IMG/VR virus record: IMGVR_UViG_3300002220_000029
Span: 11,285 to 75,284 of that record
Reading direction: 5' to 3' (one strand)
Source of the DNA: a virus
Taxonomy: Duplodnaviria > Caudoviricetes
DNA: 64,000 bases
Each line of letters starts with the position of its first letter. Position 1 is the stretch's first letter. This document shows, piece after piece, positions 36,440-44,900 of the stretch. Made by a program: the position numbers and the translations under genes. The notes below the pieces were generated by a model. The model was not told where the DNA came from. It ran no database searches and saw only the letters and a list, made by a program, of their open reading frames with translations.

Positions 36440-36469
36440 TTAAATCCCTTCTATAATAGCTATAATAGA
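36440..36469 (+). promoter_or_regulatory. phage promoter-like motif (double TATAATAG)
   Basis: TTTAAATCCCTTCTATAATAGCTATAATAG upstream of folE. Confidence 0.5.
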
Positions 36470-36483
36470 GTAGGAGAAAATAA

Positions 36484-37068
36484 ATGTTGAAAAAATCTCG
36501 AGAAGTCGTCCAGGCAGAACAGAATGTTAGAGAGCTTTTAGCCTTCATTGGGGAAGATCCTGATCGCCCAGGGTTAGTAGATACCCCCAGTCGTGTGGTT
36601 AAAATGTATCAAGAATTTTTCTGCGGGTATGACCGTAAAAGGCGGCCCAAGATGACCATATTCAAAAATCAAGACGACGGGATCATTTATAATGATATGA
36701 TCTTAGATTCTGGTTTTTTCTTTTCTTGTTGTGAACATCATATGGCAATTTTTTTTGGTAGTTTTCATTGTGCATATATCCCTGATAAACATATCATTGG
36801 ATTGAGCAAGATAGACCGAATTGTTGATTATTATTCGGGTAGGCTTCAAGTGGCGGAGCGGTTGGTGCACCAAATTGTGGATGATTTACAGGAGGTATTA
36901 AATCCAAAAGGCCTTATTCTGGTTATGAATGCCCGTCATCTTTGTAAGGAAATGCGTGGAGTCAAAAAAATTAACAGTCCTGCAGAAGTGATTGCTGTCA
37001 GAGGCGCTTTTGCTACAAATCTTAATGGATGTAAAGACGAATTCATGTCCAGAATTCAAGGGAGGTAA
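36484..37068 (+). CDS. folE: GTP cyclohydrolase I
   Basis: GEDPDRPGLVDTPSRV, SCCEHH, GLSK..R, RLQVAERL, ARHLCKEMRG. Confidence 0.95.
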   Translation: MLKKSREVVQAEQNVRELLAFIGEDPDRPGLVDTPSRVVKMYQEFFCGYDRKRRPKMTIFKNQDDGIIYNDMILDSGFFFSCCEHHMAIFFGSFHCAYIPDKHIIGLSKIDRIVDYYSGRLQVAERLVHQIVDDLQEVLNPKGLILVMNARHLCKEMRGVKKINSPAEVIAVRGAFATNLNGCKDEFMSRIQGR

Positions 37069-37070
37069 CT

Positions 37071-37418
37071 ATGGACCAGATAGTAGCAAATTACAAAAGA
37101 TTCATCGTAATCAGGACCAGCTTTGAGGCGTTGCATCGTTGGCCCGAATGTCCTTTTGAGGACGTTTCTTTTCTAAGGGATGCTCATCGTCATATTTTTC
37201 ATGTGGAAGTTCAGGTGGAGACTTCAATGGATCGGCAGATTGAATTTATCAGATTCAAACGCAAGGTAGACAAGTATATCAAGAAGGAGTTCGCAGGGAA
37301 GAATCTGGGATCTCTTTCTTGCGAAGCGATTGCCGAAGTCCTGTGCTACCGCATGGATGCTAAACGGGTATCGGTTTTTGAGGACAATGAAAATGGGGCG
37401 ATTTATGAAAGGGCATGA
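37071..37418 (+). CDS. QueD-paralog T-fold protein with LxxxHRHxF motif (DpdL-like CDG decarboxylase candidate)
   Basis: HRWP...LRDAHRHIFHV...DRQIEF...SCE..A...V.V.EDNENGA. Confidence 0.65.
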   Translation: MDQIVANYKRFIVIRTSFEALHRWPECPFEDVSFLRDAHRHIFHVEVQVETSMDRQIEFIRFKRKVDKYIKKEFAGKNLGSLSCEAIAEVLCYRMDAKRVSVFEDNENGAIYERA

Positions 37419-38712
37419 TTTTGTAATAATTGATCCATCCAGTCCTGAATTCAACAGAGGTTCATTCTGCTATCTTCCCTTCATTTTATTTTCCGCACTA
37501 AAGGCTCAAGGAATAGATGTAATTCTGTTAGAAGATTTTTCTTGTGCTGATATCGATACAGTGCCAGAGGCCAACAATTATTTGGTAGGTCTTTGGTCAT
37601 ATCCTCAGATTGATGCTTGTTTGGTTTTGAATAGATTTTTGCCCAAGAAACCATTGTTCTTTGGCTATTATCCACTTATTCGCGACTTGAAATTAGGCGA
37701 ATATCTTGTAAGTAATATGCAGATTGAAATAGGGATAGTCAACTATGTCCAGTATTATGAAGGATTTGAAAGGATCTTGTTGTCTGATTGTGACATGCAT
37801 TTGACCAAATATGAAGGGACAGTTTATCCTTTATTTACTTCATATGGTTGCAACAATCGTTGCAAATTCTGTCCAGTATCTGTCAATTGTAACAGTCATC
37901 GCGTAGTAGTGCCTCTTGAAAGCGTGCGAATGGTTTTGGATTTTTGTGGTAGTAAAGGTTATAAAAATATTCATTTCACTGATGAGGATTTCTTTTTTGA
38001 TATTGATCGGGCCGAGCAGATTTTGAGATATACTCAAGGTAAAGATTTTAATTATATTGCTCTGGGAAGTGTTTATACTGTATCTAAATTCATTGAGAAA
38101 TTTGGCACTGATATTTTTGACGAGACTGGAATGCGGCTGATTGAGATCGGGCTGGAGACGGCTGATTCTGTATTAAATAAAAAGATGGGCAAGGGAGGAC
38201 GAGATAAATATTCTGCTTTAGCAGAGCAGACTAAAGGCAAGGTCGATATTTTTTGGCTTACCATGACTTTCTTTCCTGGGGAAACCATTGCTACATTACG
38301 TTCGACAGGATTATTTTTGGAAAAGTATGGGTTTCAATTAGAGGAATTGTATGGTAGGATTCAGACCAATTCCACGTCAGGCGGGTTAGGCCAGTTTTAT
38401 CAATCTTACATTGGGACACCAGAAAATGAAAATATTGAAGACAAAGGCATAGTTTTGTCTGAGAGGCCAGTGAGACTGATCCCCAGTTTTGTACCGTATA
38501 CTTTTTTGGGATGTCGAATTACGAAATGGCGAATGATCAGGGAAGATGAAAAGAAGTGGTTTGAGTTGTATAGGATTCCTGAAAAGCTGGTCCATGTAAA
38601 AATTTCTTTGAATACCATTGCACAAACTATCGAAATGTTAAAAGGCATATATAATGTAAATGACATTGTAACTTTTTTAGCTATCTCAGCCCGTTTAGGA
38701 GTTATTGAATGA
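37405..38712 (+). CDS. radical SAM enzyme with N-terminal Rossmann/B12-binding-like domain
   Basis: TSYGCNNRCKFC (CxxxCxxC), HFTDEDFF, IGLETAD, FFPGET. Confidence 0.8.
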   Translation: MKGHDFVIIDPSSPEFNRGSFCYLPFILFSALKAQGIDVILLEDFSCADIDTVPEANNYLVGLWSYPQIDACLVLNRFLPKKPLFFGYYPLIRDLKLGEYLVSNMQIEIGIVNYVQYYEGFERILLSDCDMHLTKYEGTVYPLFTSYGCNNRCKFCPVSVNCNSHRVVVPLESVRMVLDFCGSKGYKNIHFTDEDFFFDIDRAEQILRYTQGKDFNYIALGSVYTVSKFIEKFGTDIFDETGMRLIEIGLETADSVLNKKMGKGGRDKYSALAEQTKGKVDIFWLTMTFFPGETIATLRSTGLFLEKYGFQLEELYGRIQTNSTSGGLGQFYQSYIGTPENENIEDKGIVLSERPVRLIPSFVPYTFLGCRITKWRMIREDEKKWFELYRIPEKLVHVKISLNTIAQTIEMLKGIYNVNDIVTFLAISARLGVIE

Positions 38713-39710
38713 GAATAATTAATGTGCCAATTGAAAGTTTGGAAGAACGTTATTCTGCTCAATGGAATAAATGGTTCCCAGAAGCCTTTACCGATATGAG
38801 AATCAATTTTGTTAACATCTATCCCGATACGCTCTCTGACCATATTAAGGATGGTTCTTTCTTAGATGTTTGTGGCACCAATTATTTTAAGGCTGGCCAA
38901 TTAAAAATATTGACCAAAATGTTATTCCAAGACGAGATTGAGAAGGATGATGTTATCTTTTTTCATGATCTTTGGTGTCCAGGCATAGAAATGCTTCAAT
39001 ACATCAGACAAGGAAAGAAATTGAATTTTAAGATCTGTGGCATTCTCCATGCAGGGACGTATGATCCTTACGATTTCCTGGCCAAACAAGGCATGGCTTC
39101 TTGGGGTGGTCCTCTTGAAGAAGTTTGGTTTAGTTTTATTGATCAAATCTATGTGGCAACAGAATTTCATAAAAATCTTATTTGGCATAAAAGAAAAATT
39201 GATTTTGATAAGATCAAAGTGACAGGATTACCAATTTACAATAATCAATATCCTGATATGATGAGGAAAGAAAATATTGTTGTATTCCCTCACAGGCTTG
39301 ATTCGGAGAAGAATCCACAGTTGTTTGATCGATTGTCAATCGATGCAACTACAGAAGGTTGGCAATTTATTAAAACCAAAGAAGTGTGTAAGACAAAAAA
39401 AGATTACTTTAAACTTTTGAACCGGGCTAAAATAGCAGTGTCATTCGCTGATCAGGAAACATGGGGCATTGCTCAGCAAGAGGCGTTATTTGCTAAATGT
39501 TTTCCTGTAGTGCCTAATCGGCTCAGTTATTCAGAAATGTATAGAAGGAGTTTTAGATATTCTTCTTTTGAAGAGGCTGTTCATTTGGTCAAGAAATTGA
39601 TGGAGCCTAACAGCGAAGATTTTGATCAACTATCTTATAATAGAGATGAGTTGCTCAGACGTGGCGATTTAGCTATACTAAACATTGTAAATGAAATGGA
39701 GAAATTATGA
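38709..39710 (+). CDS. GT-B glycosyltransferase, GTDC1/QTMAN-like
   Basis: FPHRLDSEKNP...KKDYFKLL.RA...S.A.QETWGIAQQEA...CFPVVPNRLSYSE. Confidence 0.8.
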   Translation: MRIINVPIESLEERYSAQWNKWFPEAFTDMRINFVNIYPDTLSDHIKDGSFLDVCGTNYFKAGQLKILTKMLFQDEIEKDDVIFFHDLWCPGIEMLQYIRQGKKLNFKICGILHAGTYDPYDFLAKQGMASWGGPLEEVWFSFIDQIYVATEFHKNLIWHKRKIDFDKIKVTGLPIYNNQYPDMMRKENIVVFPHRLDSEKNPQLFDRLSIDATTEGWQFIKTKEVCKTKKDYFKLLNRAKIAVSFADQETWGIAQQEALFAKCFPVVPNRLSYSEMYRRSFRYSSFEEAVHLVKKLMEPNSEDFDQLSYNRDELLRRGDLAILNIVNEMEKL

Positions 39711-40702
39711 ATCTGATGTTGGACAGTGGTTCGCCAAGCCTTTACAACACCTTGGTTAGAAAAAAGAAAACCAAAGGTATCATGGGGGCTTTTCTAAAAG
39801 ATAGAGTAGAATTTGATAATGAAGGAAAAAGGGTTAGTGCTGATACATTCGAATTTTTAGAAACAGAGAAGTATTTGATATACAAAGAGGAATACATTGC
39901 CTTCCTTTTGAAAAATCAGCAGTATTTTGATGTCTATGTAAATCTCGATATCATTAACAATGCACAGGCGACTTGGGATAATCAACAAGAGATGGAGTCT
40001 TATGGGCTGAAGCCTATTCCAGTATTTCATTTTGGGTCTGACATAAAGTGGTTGCATATGTATCTTGAGAAGGGCTACAAGTATATTGCTATGGGAGGCT
40101 TCATTCCAAACCCCGTAGCGGTGTTACAGCCAATTTTAGATGATCTGTGGGCGAATATTTTATGCGATAAAGAAGGGATTCCAAAGGTAAAGGTCCACGG
40201 TTTTGCTGTTACGTCGGCCAGGCTTGTTGCTCGTTATCCGTGGTGGAGTGTTGATAGTACCAGTTGGGCCAAGATTGGAATTTATGGAGCCATTACTGTT
40301 CCAAGGCATAAAAATGGTCAGTGGGTTTATGATGGTACTCCTCATGTTGTTTTTACATCCAATAAGAGCAAGGCTCAGAATGAGATTAATGGTAAACATA
40401 TCAATACTGTCACTTCTGTTGAGAGAGAATATATTTTGGCATTTCTGAAAGAAAATGGTGTTGCCTTAGGTAAGTCTTCTTTCAAAACAGAGAGTAAGTT
40501 TAGCGGGTATGTGCCAAAGGCAAATGAGCGATGGGTTGATTTGAAAACCAAAGACGAGATTGAGATTATTGAAGAGCAAGGTGTGTGCAACCAGTTTGAG
40601 TTAAGAAATAAGATCAATCTTTTATTTTTTATTAACCTTCAAAAAAATCTTCCGGAGTGGCCTTGGGCTTTCAAACGGACAGTGAAAGGATTTGGACTAT
40701 GA
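39707..40702 (+). CDS. dpdA: DpdA-like deazaguanine-DNA transglycosylase (TGT fold)
   Basis: MLDSGS, YVNLDII, IPVFH, IAMGG, VHGFAVT, SVDSTSW; context with folE/queD/queE. Confidence 0.78.
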   Translation: MNLMLDSGSPSLYNTLVRKKKTKGIMGAFLKDRVEFDNEGKRVSADTFEFLETEKYLIYKEEYIAFLLKNQQYFDVYVNLDIINNAQATWDNQQEMESYGLKPIPVFHFGSDIKWLHMYLEKGYKYIAMGGFIPNPVAVLQPILDDLWANILCDKEGIPKVKVHGFAVTSARLVARYPWWSVDSTSWAKIGIYGAITVPRHKNGQWVYDGTPHVVFTSNKSKAQNEINGKHINTVTSVEREYILAFLKENGVALGKSSFKTESKFSGYVPKANERWVDLKTKDEIEIIEEQGVCNQFELRNKINLLFFINLQKNLPEWPWAFKRTVKGFGL

Positions 40703-40905
40703 AACTTTATATTGCTGGAGAGAATCCTCATGGCGTTAACCCAAATACGCCAAGAGAGAGATGTGATAATGACATTCACGATTTTATTGAGAGCCAGGGA
40801 ATAGAAATGAATCGGCTTGTTTCTTTCTTTTACAAAGGATCGGTCCTGAGAAATATTAAATTGAAAAAAGAATTGGAGGATGAGCGTGAAAATACAAAAA
40901 GCTGA
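40699..40905 (+). CDS. small hypothetical protein (MKLYIAG...RLVSFFY)
   Basis: ATGA overlap with the dpdA-like stop. Confidence 0.5.
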   Translation: MKLYIAGENPHGVNPNTPRERCDNDIHDFIESQGIEMNRLVSFFYKGSVLRNIKLKKELEDERENTKS

Positions 40906-41908
40906 GTTACAGAGGATTTTGGAAAATCTCCGGCCTGGACTTGCCAAAAGGGATATTGTTAGTAAACTATCTGATTTTACTTTTTTAGGAGACAGGATTT
41001 GCGCCTTTAATGATCAAATATCCATTAGTCATCCTTTTGAATCGGAGTTTGAATGTTCGGTTGATGGCCAAAATTTTTATTCAGTTATTGTGAATATTCC
41101 TGAAGGCAACATTGATTTGACATTGGCAGAATCAAAGTTAATTATCAAAGGAGAGAAGGCAAAGGCATCTCTTGTAACTTCTGAAGGCGGTGGTGTTCTT
41201 GGTAAGATTAAAGTGCCCAGAATAAAATCGAAGAAGTGGAAGGATTTACCAGAGATGTTTACGAAAGGGGTTAAACTTTGTTCATTCAGTGTTTCCACTG
41301 ATTTGACAAGGCCGGCTTTAACATGTATTGCTGTTCAGGGCGATAAGATTTTTTCTGCTGACAATCTCAGAATTAGTAAATTTTTACTGTCCACCCCAGT
41401 TGGCGATGATTTTTTGATTACTGGAGTATCAGCGGTCATCTTGGCCAAATATCCTGTGACTCAGTATTTAAAAGATGATAGTTGGGTTCATTTTAAGACT
41501 GAAGGAGACATCATTTTTTCTTGTCGAGTTATTGTTGATGTTTTTCCTGATGTGAGCGAGTATTTCAAGGTGGATGGCGTGTCTTTTGCCTTGCCAGCCG
41601 AGTTAAAGAATGTTGTTGATTCTGTTTCGGTCGTCGCTGACGAAGAATTTGTCGTTGATCAAATTATTTCGGTGTTCCTTTCTAAAAAAGATAAAACTAT
41701 CGTTTGTTCTGGGCAAGGTTCTCTCGGATCTTTTGAAAGGTCGTGTTCTTTAGGTGTTCGTATCCAGAGCGATGTAGCATTTAATATTAATCCGTCTTTC
41801 TTTTCTGAGGTTTTATACAGCGGGTCCGAGATGACTTTGGGAGATAACCATGCGTTGTTTACGGGCGATTCTTTCGAGCATGTCATGTGTTTACCTTGTA
41901 AATCATAG
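40880..41908 (+). CDS. dnaN: DNA polymerase sliding clamp (beta-like)
   Basis: FSVSTDLTRPALT..I....AD..R, VFPDVSEYF, AFNINP.FF; 342 aa. Confidence 0.8.
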   Translation: MSVKIQKAELQRILENLRPGLAKRDIVSKLSDFTFLGDRICAFNDQISISHPFESEFECSVDGQNFYSVIVNIPEGNIDLTLAESKLIIKGEKAKASLVTSEGGGVLGKIKVPRIKSKKWKDLPEMFTKGVKLCSFSVSTDLTRPALTCIAVQGDKIFSADNLRISKFLLSTPVGDDFLITGVSAVILAKYPVTQYLKDDSWVHFKTEGDIIFSCRVIVDVFPDVSEYFKVDGVSFALPAELKNVVDSVSVVADEEFVVDQIISVFLSKKDKTIVCSGQGSLGSFERSCSLGVRIQSDVAFNINPSFFSEVLYSGSEMTLGDNHALFTGDSFEHVMCLPCKS

Positions 41909-41914
41909 GCTAAA

Positions 41915-41936
41915 AAATCAAAAGCCTTTATAATAA
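41915..41936 (+). promoter_or_regulatory. phage promoter-like motif
   Basis: AATCAAAAGCCTTTATAATAA upstream of the polymerase. Confidence 0.55.
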
Positions 41937-41950
41937 GTAGAGGAATTCAA

Positions 41951-44900
41951 ATGGAATTTTGTCATCTCCACGTTCATACAGAAAATTCGCTTTTAGATGG
42001 ATATGGTAGCGCTAAACAGTATCTGTCTAAAGCTAAGGAGTTGGGGTTTCAATATCTTGCTTGTACTGATCATGGGAATCAAGATGGGTTAATTAAGTTT
42101 CAAAGAGAGGCAGAGAAACAAGGCATTAAATCTATCTTAGGCTGTGAATTATATATTGTGCCAGATGCCTCTATCAAAGTGCCTAAAGAATTTAGATTTC
42201 ATGTAACCGTGTTAGTTAAAGATAATGATGGTTGGCATAACCTTTGTAAAATATTGACAGAAGCGAATCTGCATGGTTTTTACTATAAGCCAAGGGCAGA
42301 TTTTGATATGTTGAAAAAATATAGTAAAGGATTAGTTTTTTTGAGTGGCTGTACCGCCACTGTTTTGACATCTAAGATTGGTCAGGATTTCTTTTGGGAG
42401 TTAAATGTCCTGTGTCCTGGCGATTGTTACTTAGAAGTTATGCCTCATCTGTTTGATGATCAGATGGAAGTCAATAAGATTTGTTGTGAATATGGGTTGC
42501 CATTGGTAGCAACAAATGATTGTCATTATGTCAATGAAGATGATGGTATGGTGCATGAAGTGTTGTTGGCTATTCAAACTAAAGCTAAGTGGTCTGATAG
42601 TTCGCGTTTTCGTTTTGAAACCAGAGGTTTGTTTCTCCGTTCATCTCAAGAGATGAAAGAAGCTTTTAAACTTCAAGATGTTTTAACTAAATCTCAATAT
42701 CTTTTGGCAATGAGGAACACAGTTGAGATTGCCGAGAAGTGTTCTGATTTTAAGATCCAAAAACAAGATATCTTTTTACCTTCCATATTACAGAAAGGCG
42801 AGTCTGAAAATCTTTTTCTTCGGACACTTTGCGAGAAAGGATACAGAAAAATATTTGGCGAATTGATCGAGAATGATTCTATTTATTATGATCGTTTCCT
42901 TGAAGAGTTTAACATGATCAAAAAGAAAAAGTTCATTCGATATTTTCTGGTCGTTTGGGAGCTTACTGAATGGTGTAAAAAGAACAATATTATGATTGGA
43001 CCAGGCCGGGGTTCTGTGGGCGGCAGTCTTATTGCTTATTTGATTGGTATTACTTCTGTTGATCCAATCAAATATAATTTATTATTTTCTCGTTTCATTG
43101 CAGAAGATCGAATTGATTATCCGGATATTGATTTGGACTTTGAGGATGTTAAAAGACCACTGATCAGAGGTCATCTTGAAGAGATGTATGGTAAAAATAA
43201 TATTGCCAGTGTGTCTACTTTTATGGATATGAAGGGAAGAGCGGCAATACGTGATGTTGCAAGGGTTTTTGAGATACCGTATGGCGAAGTAGATGAGTTT
43301 GCTAAATTTATTGAAGATGAAAATGGTGATGGCAGTTCTATTGAAACAGCAGCAAGTGATCATTGGTTTTCTCAAAAGTATCCTGAGGCTGTAAAAATTG
43401 CCATTAGATTAGAAGGACAGACGAGAGGTGTTGGCCAGCATGCCGCTGCTCTTATTGTGTCTGCTGATGATCTTACGCAAGGAGCCAGGTGTAATCTTTC
43501 TGTTCGATCAAATCAAGAGGTTGTTAACTGGGATAAAGATGATGCCGAATATGTAGGCCTTATGAAATTAGATGTTTTAGGTCTTAATACATTGTCTATT
43601 TTAAATGAAACCAAAAGGCTGGTAAAGGAGAATCATAACAAGGAAATTGTTTTTGAGAAAATCACATTAGATAATCCTCAAGTTTTTGATATGCTGTCAA
43701 AAGGACAAACAGTAGGTGTTTTTCAATTTAATACTTGGCCAACAACTAAGCTTTGTAAAGAGGTTGGTGTTGATAGTTTTGGTTTAATGAGCGATGTCGT
43801 CGCTTTAGTTAGGCCTGGTCCTGCCGACAGTGGGATGACTGCCGATTTTATTAAAAGGAAGCATGGAAAGAAGTGGCTAAAGAAACACAGGATTTATGAA
43901 CAGATCACACGAGATACTTTTGGTATCATTATTTATCAAGAACAAGTAATGCAAGTTATCAGCGAAGTGGCCGGATTGCCATATTCGACGGCTGATAAGA
44001 TTAGGAAGATTATTGCAAAGAAAAGAGATGTCAAAGAATTTGAAAAATATAGAGAAATGTTTGTTGATGGCTGTGAAAAAAAAGAGACCTTATCTGAAAA
44101 GGAAGCCTTGGAATTCTGGGAAGCTCTTGAGAAACATGCAAGTTACAGTTTTAATCGTTGTTTGGCGGGAGATACAGTTGTTAACCGAGCATCAGCTGGA
44201 AGATTTTGCGGGTTAGATGTTACATTGAAAGATTTATATGAAAGTCGGTATTCGAAAACGAGTACAGGCGATAAACTTCGCTGTAGAGGATTGCATCTTC
44301 TTCAATGGAAAGAGTTAGATTCTCGTATTCATACAGGGAAAATGACAAATATCTATGATAGTGGAGTTCAAGAAGTTTGGTTAATTTGTTTAGAATCGGG
44401 GAATTCAATCAAGGCAACAGACCAACATCGTTTTTTGGCCAAGAGAAGAGAAAAAAATTTATATGTCAAAGTATGTGATTTGAAAATTGGTGATTTGTTA
44501 GCTATTAAAGGCCCCAGAGTAAAGGAAATAATCAAAGCTGCTCTTGATAGTAGACCTTTGAAAACAACATATCGTGGTAGAGGGTTTCAAAAAGGAGAGG
44601 ATAATGTAGGATACATTGATGGAAGAGGAAAATTTCTAAAACCGGCAAGGATAAAGGTTTCTTTAAGAGCGCGCGGCAGATGTGAGGAATGCGGGAAGGA
44701 AATAGAAAAAGAATGCGAATCATGTCATCAGAAAGTAAAAATAGGAAGACCCGAATTTGCTCATGTCAAACTTTTAGATGAACTGAATTATGACCATGAA
44801 TTATACCATTCTCTTGAAAATATAATGTATCTTTGTAATTCATGCCACAAGAAAAAAGATTATGAAAAAGGAGAAAGGAAGGTAAGACATTCGGTGGGGA

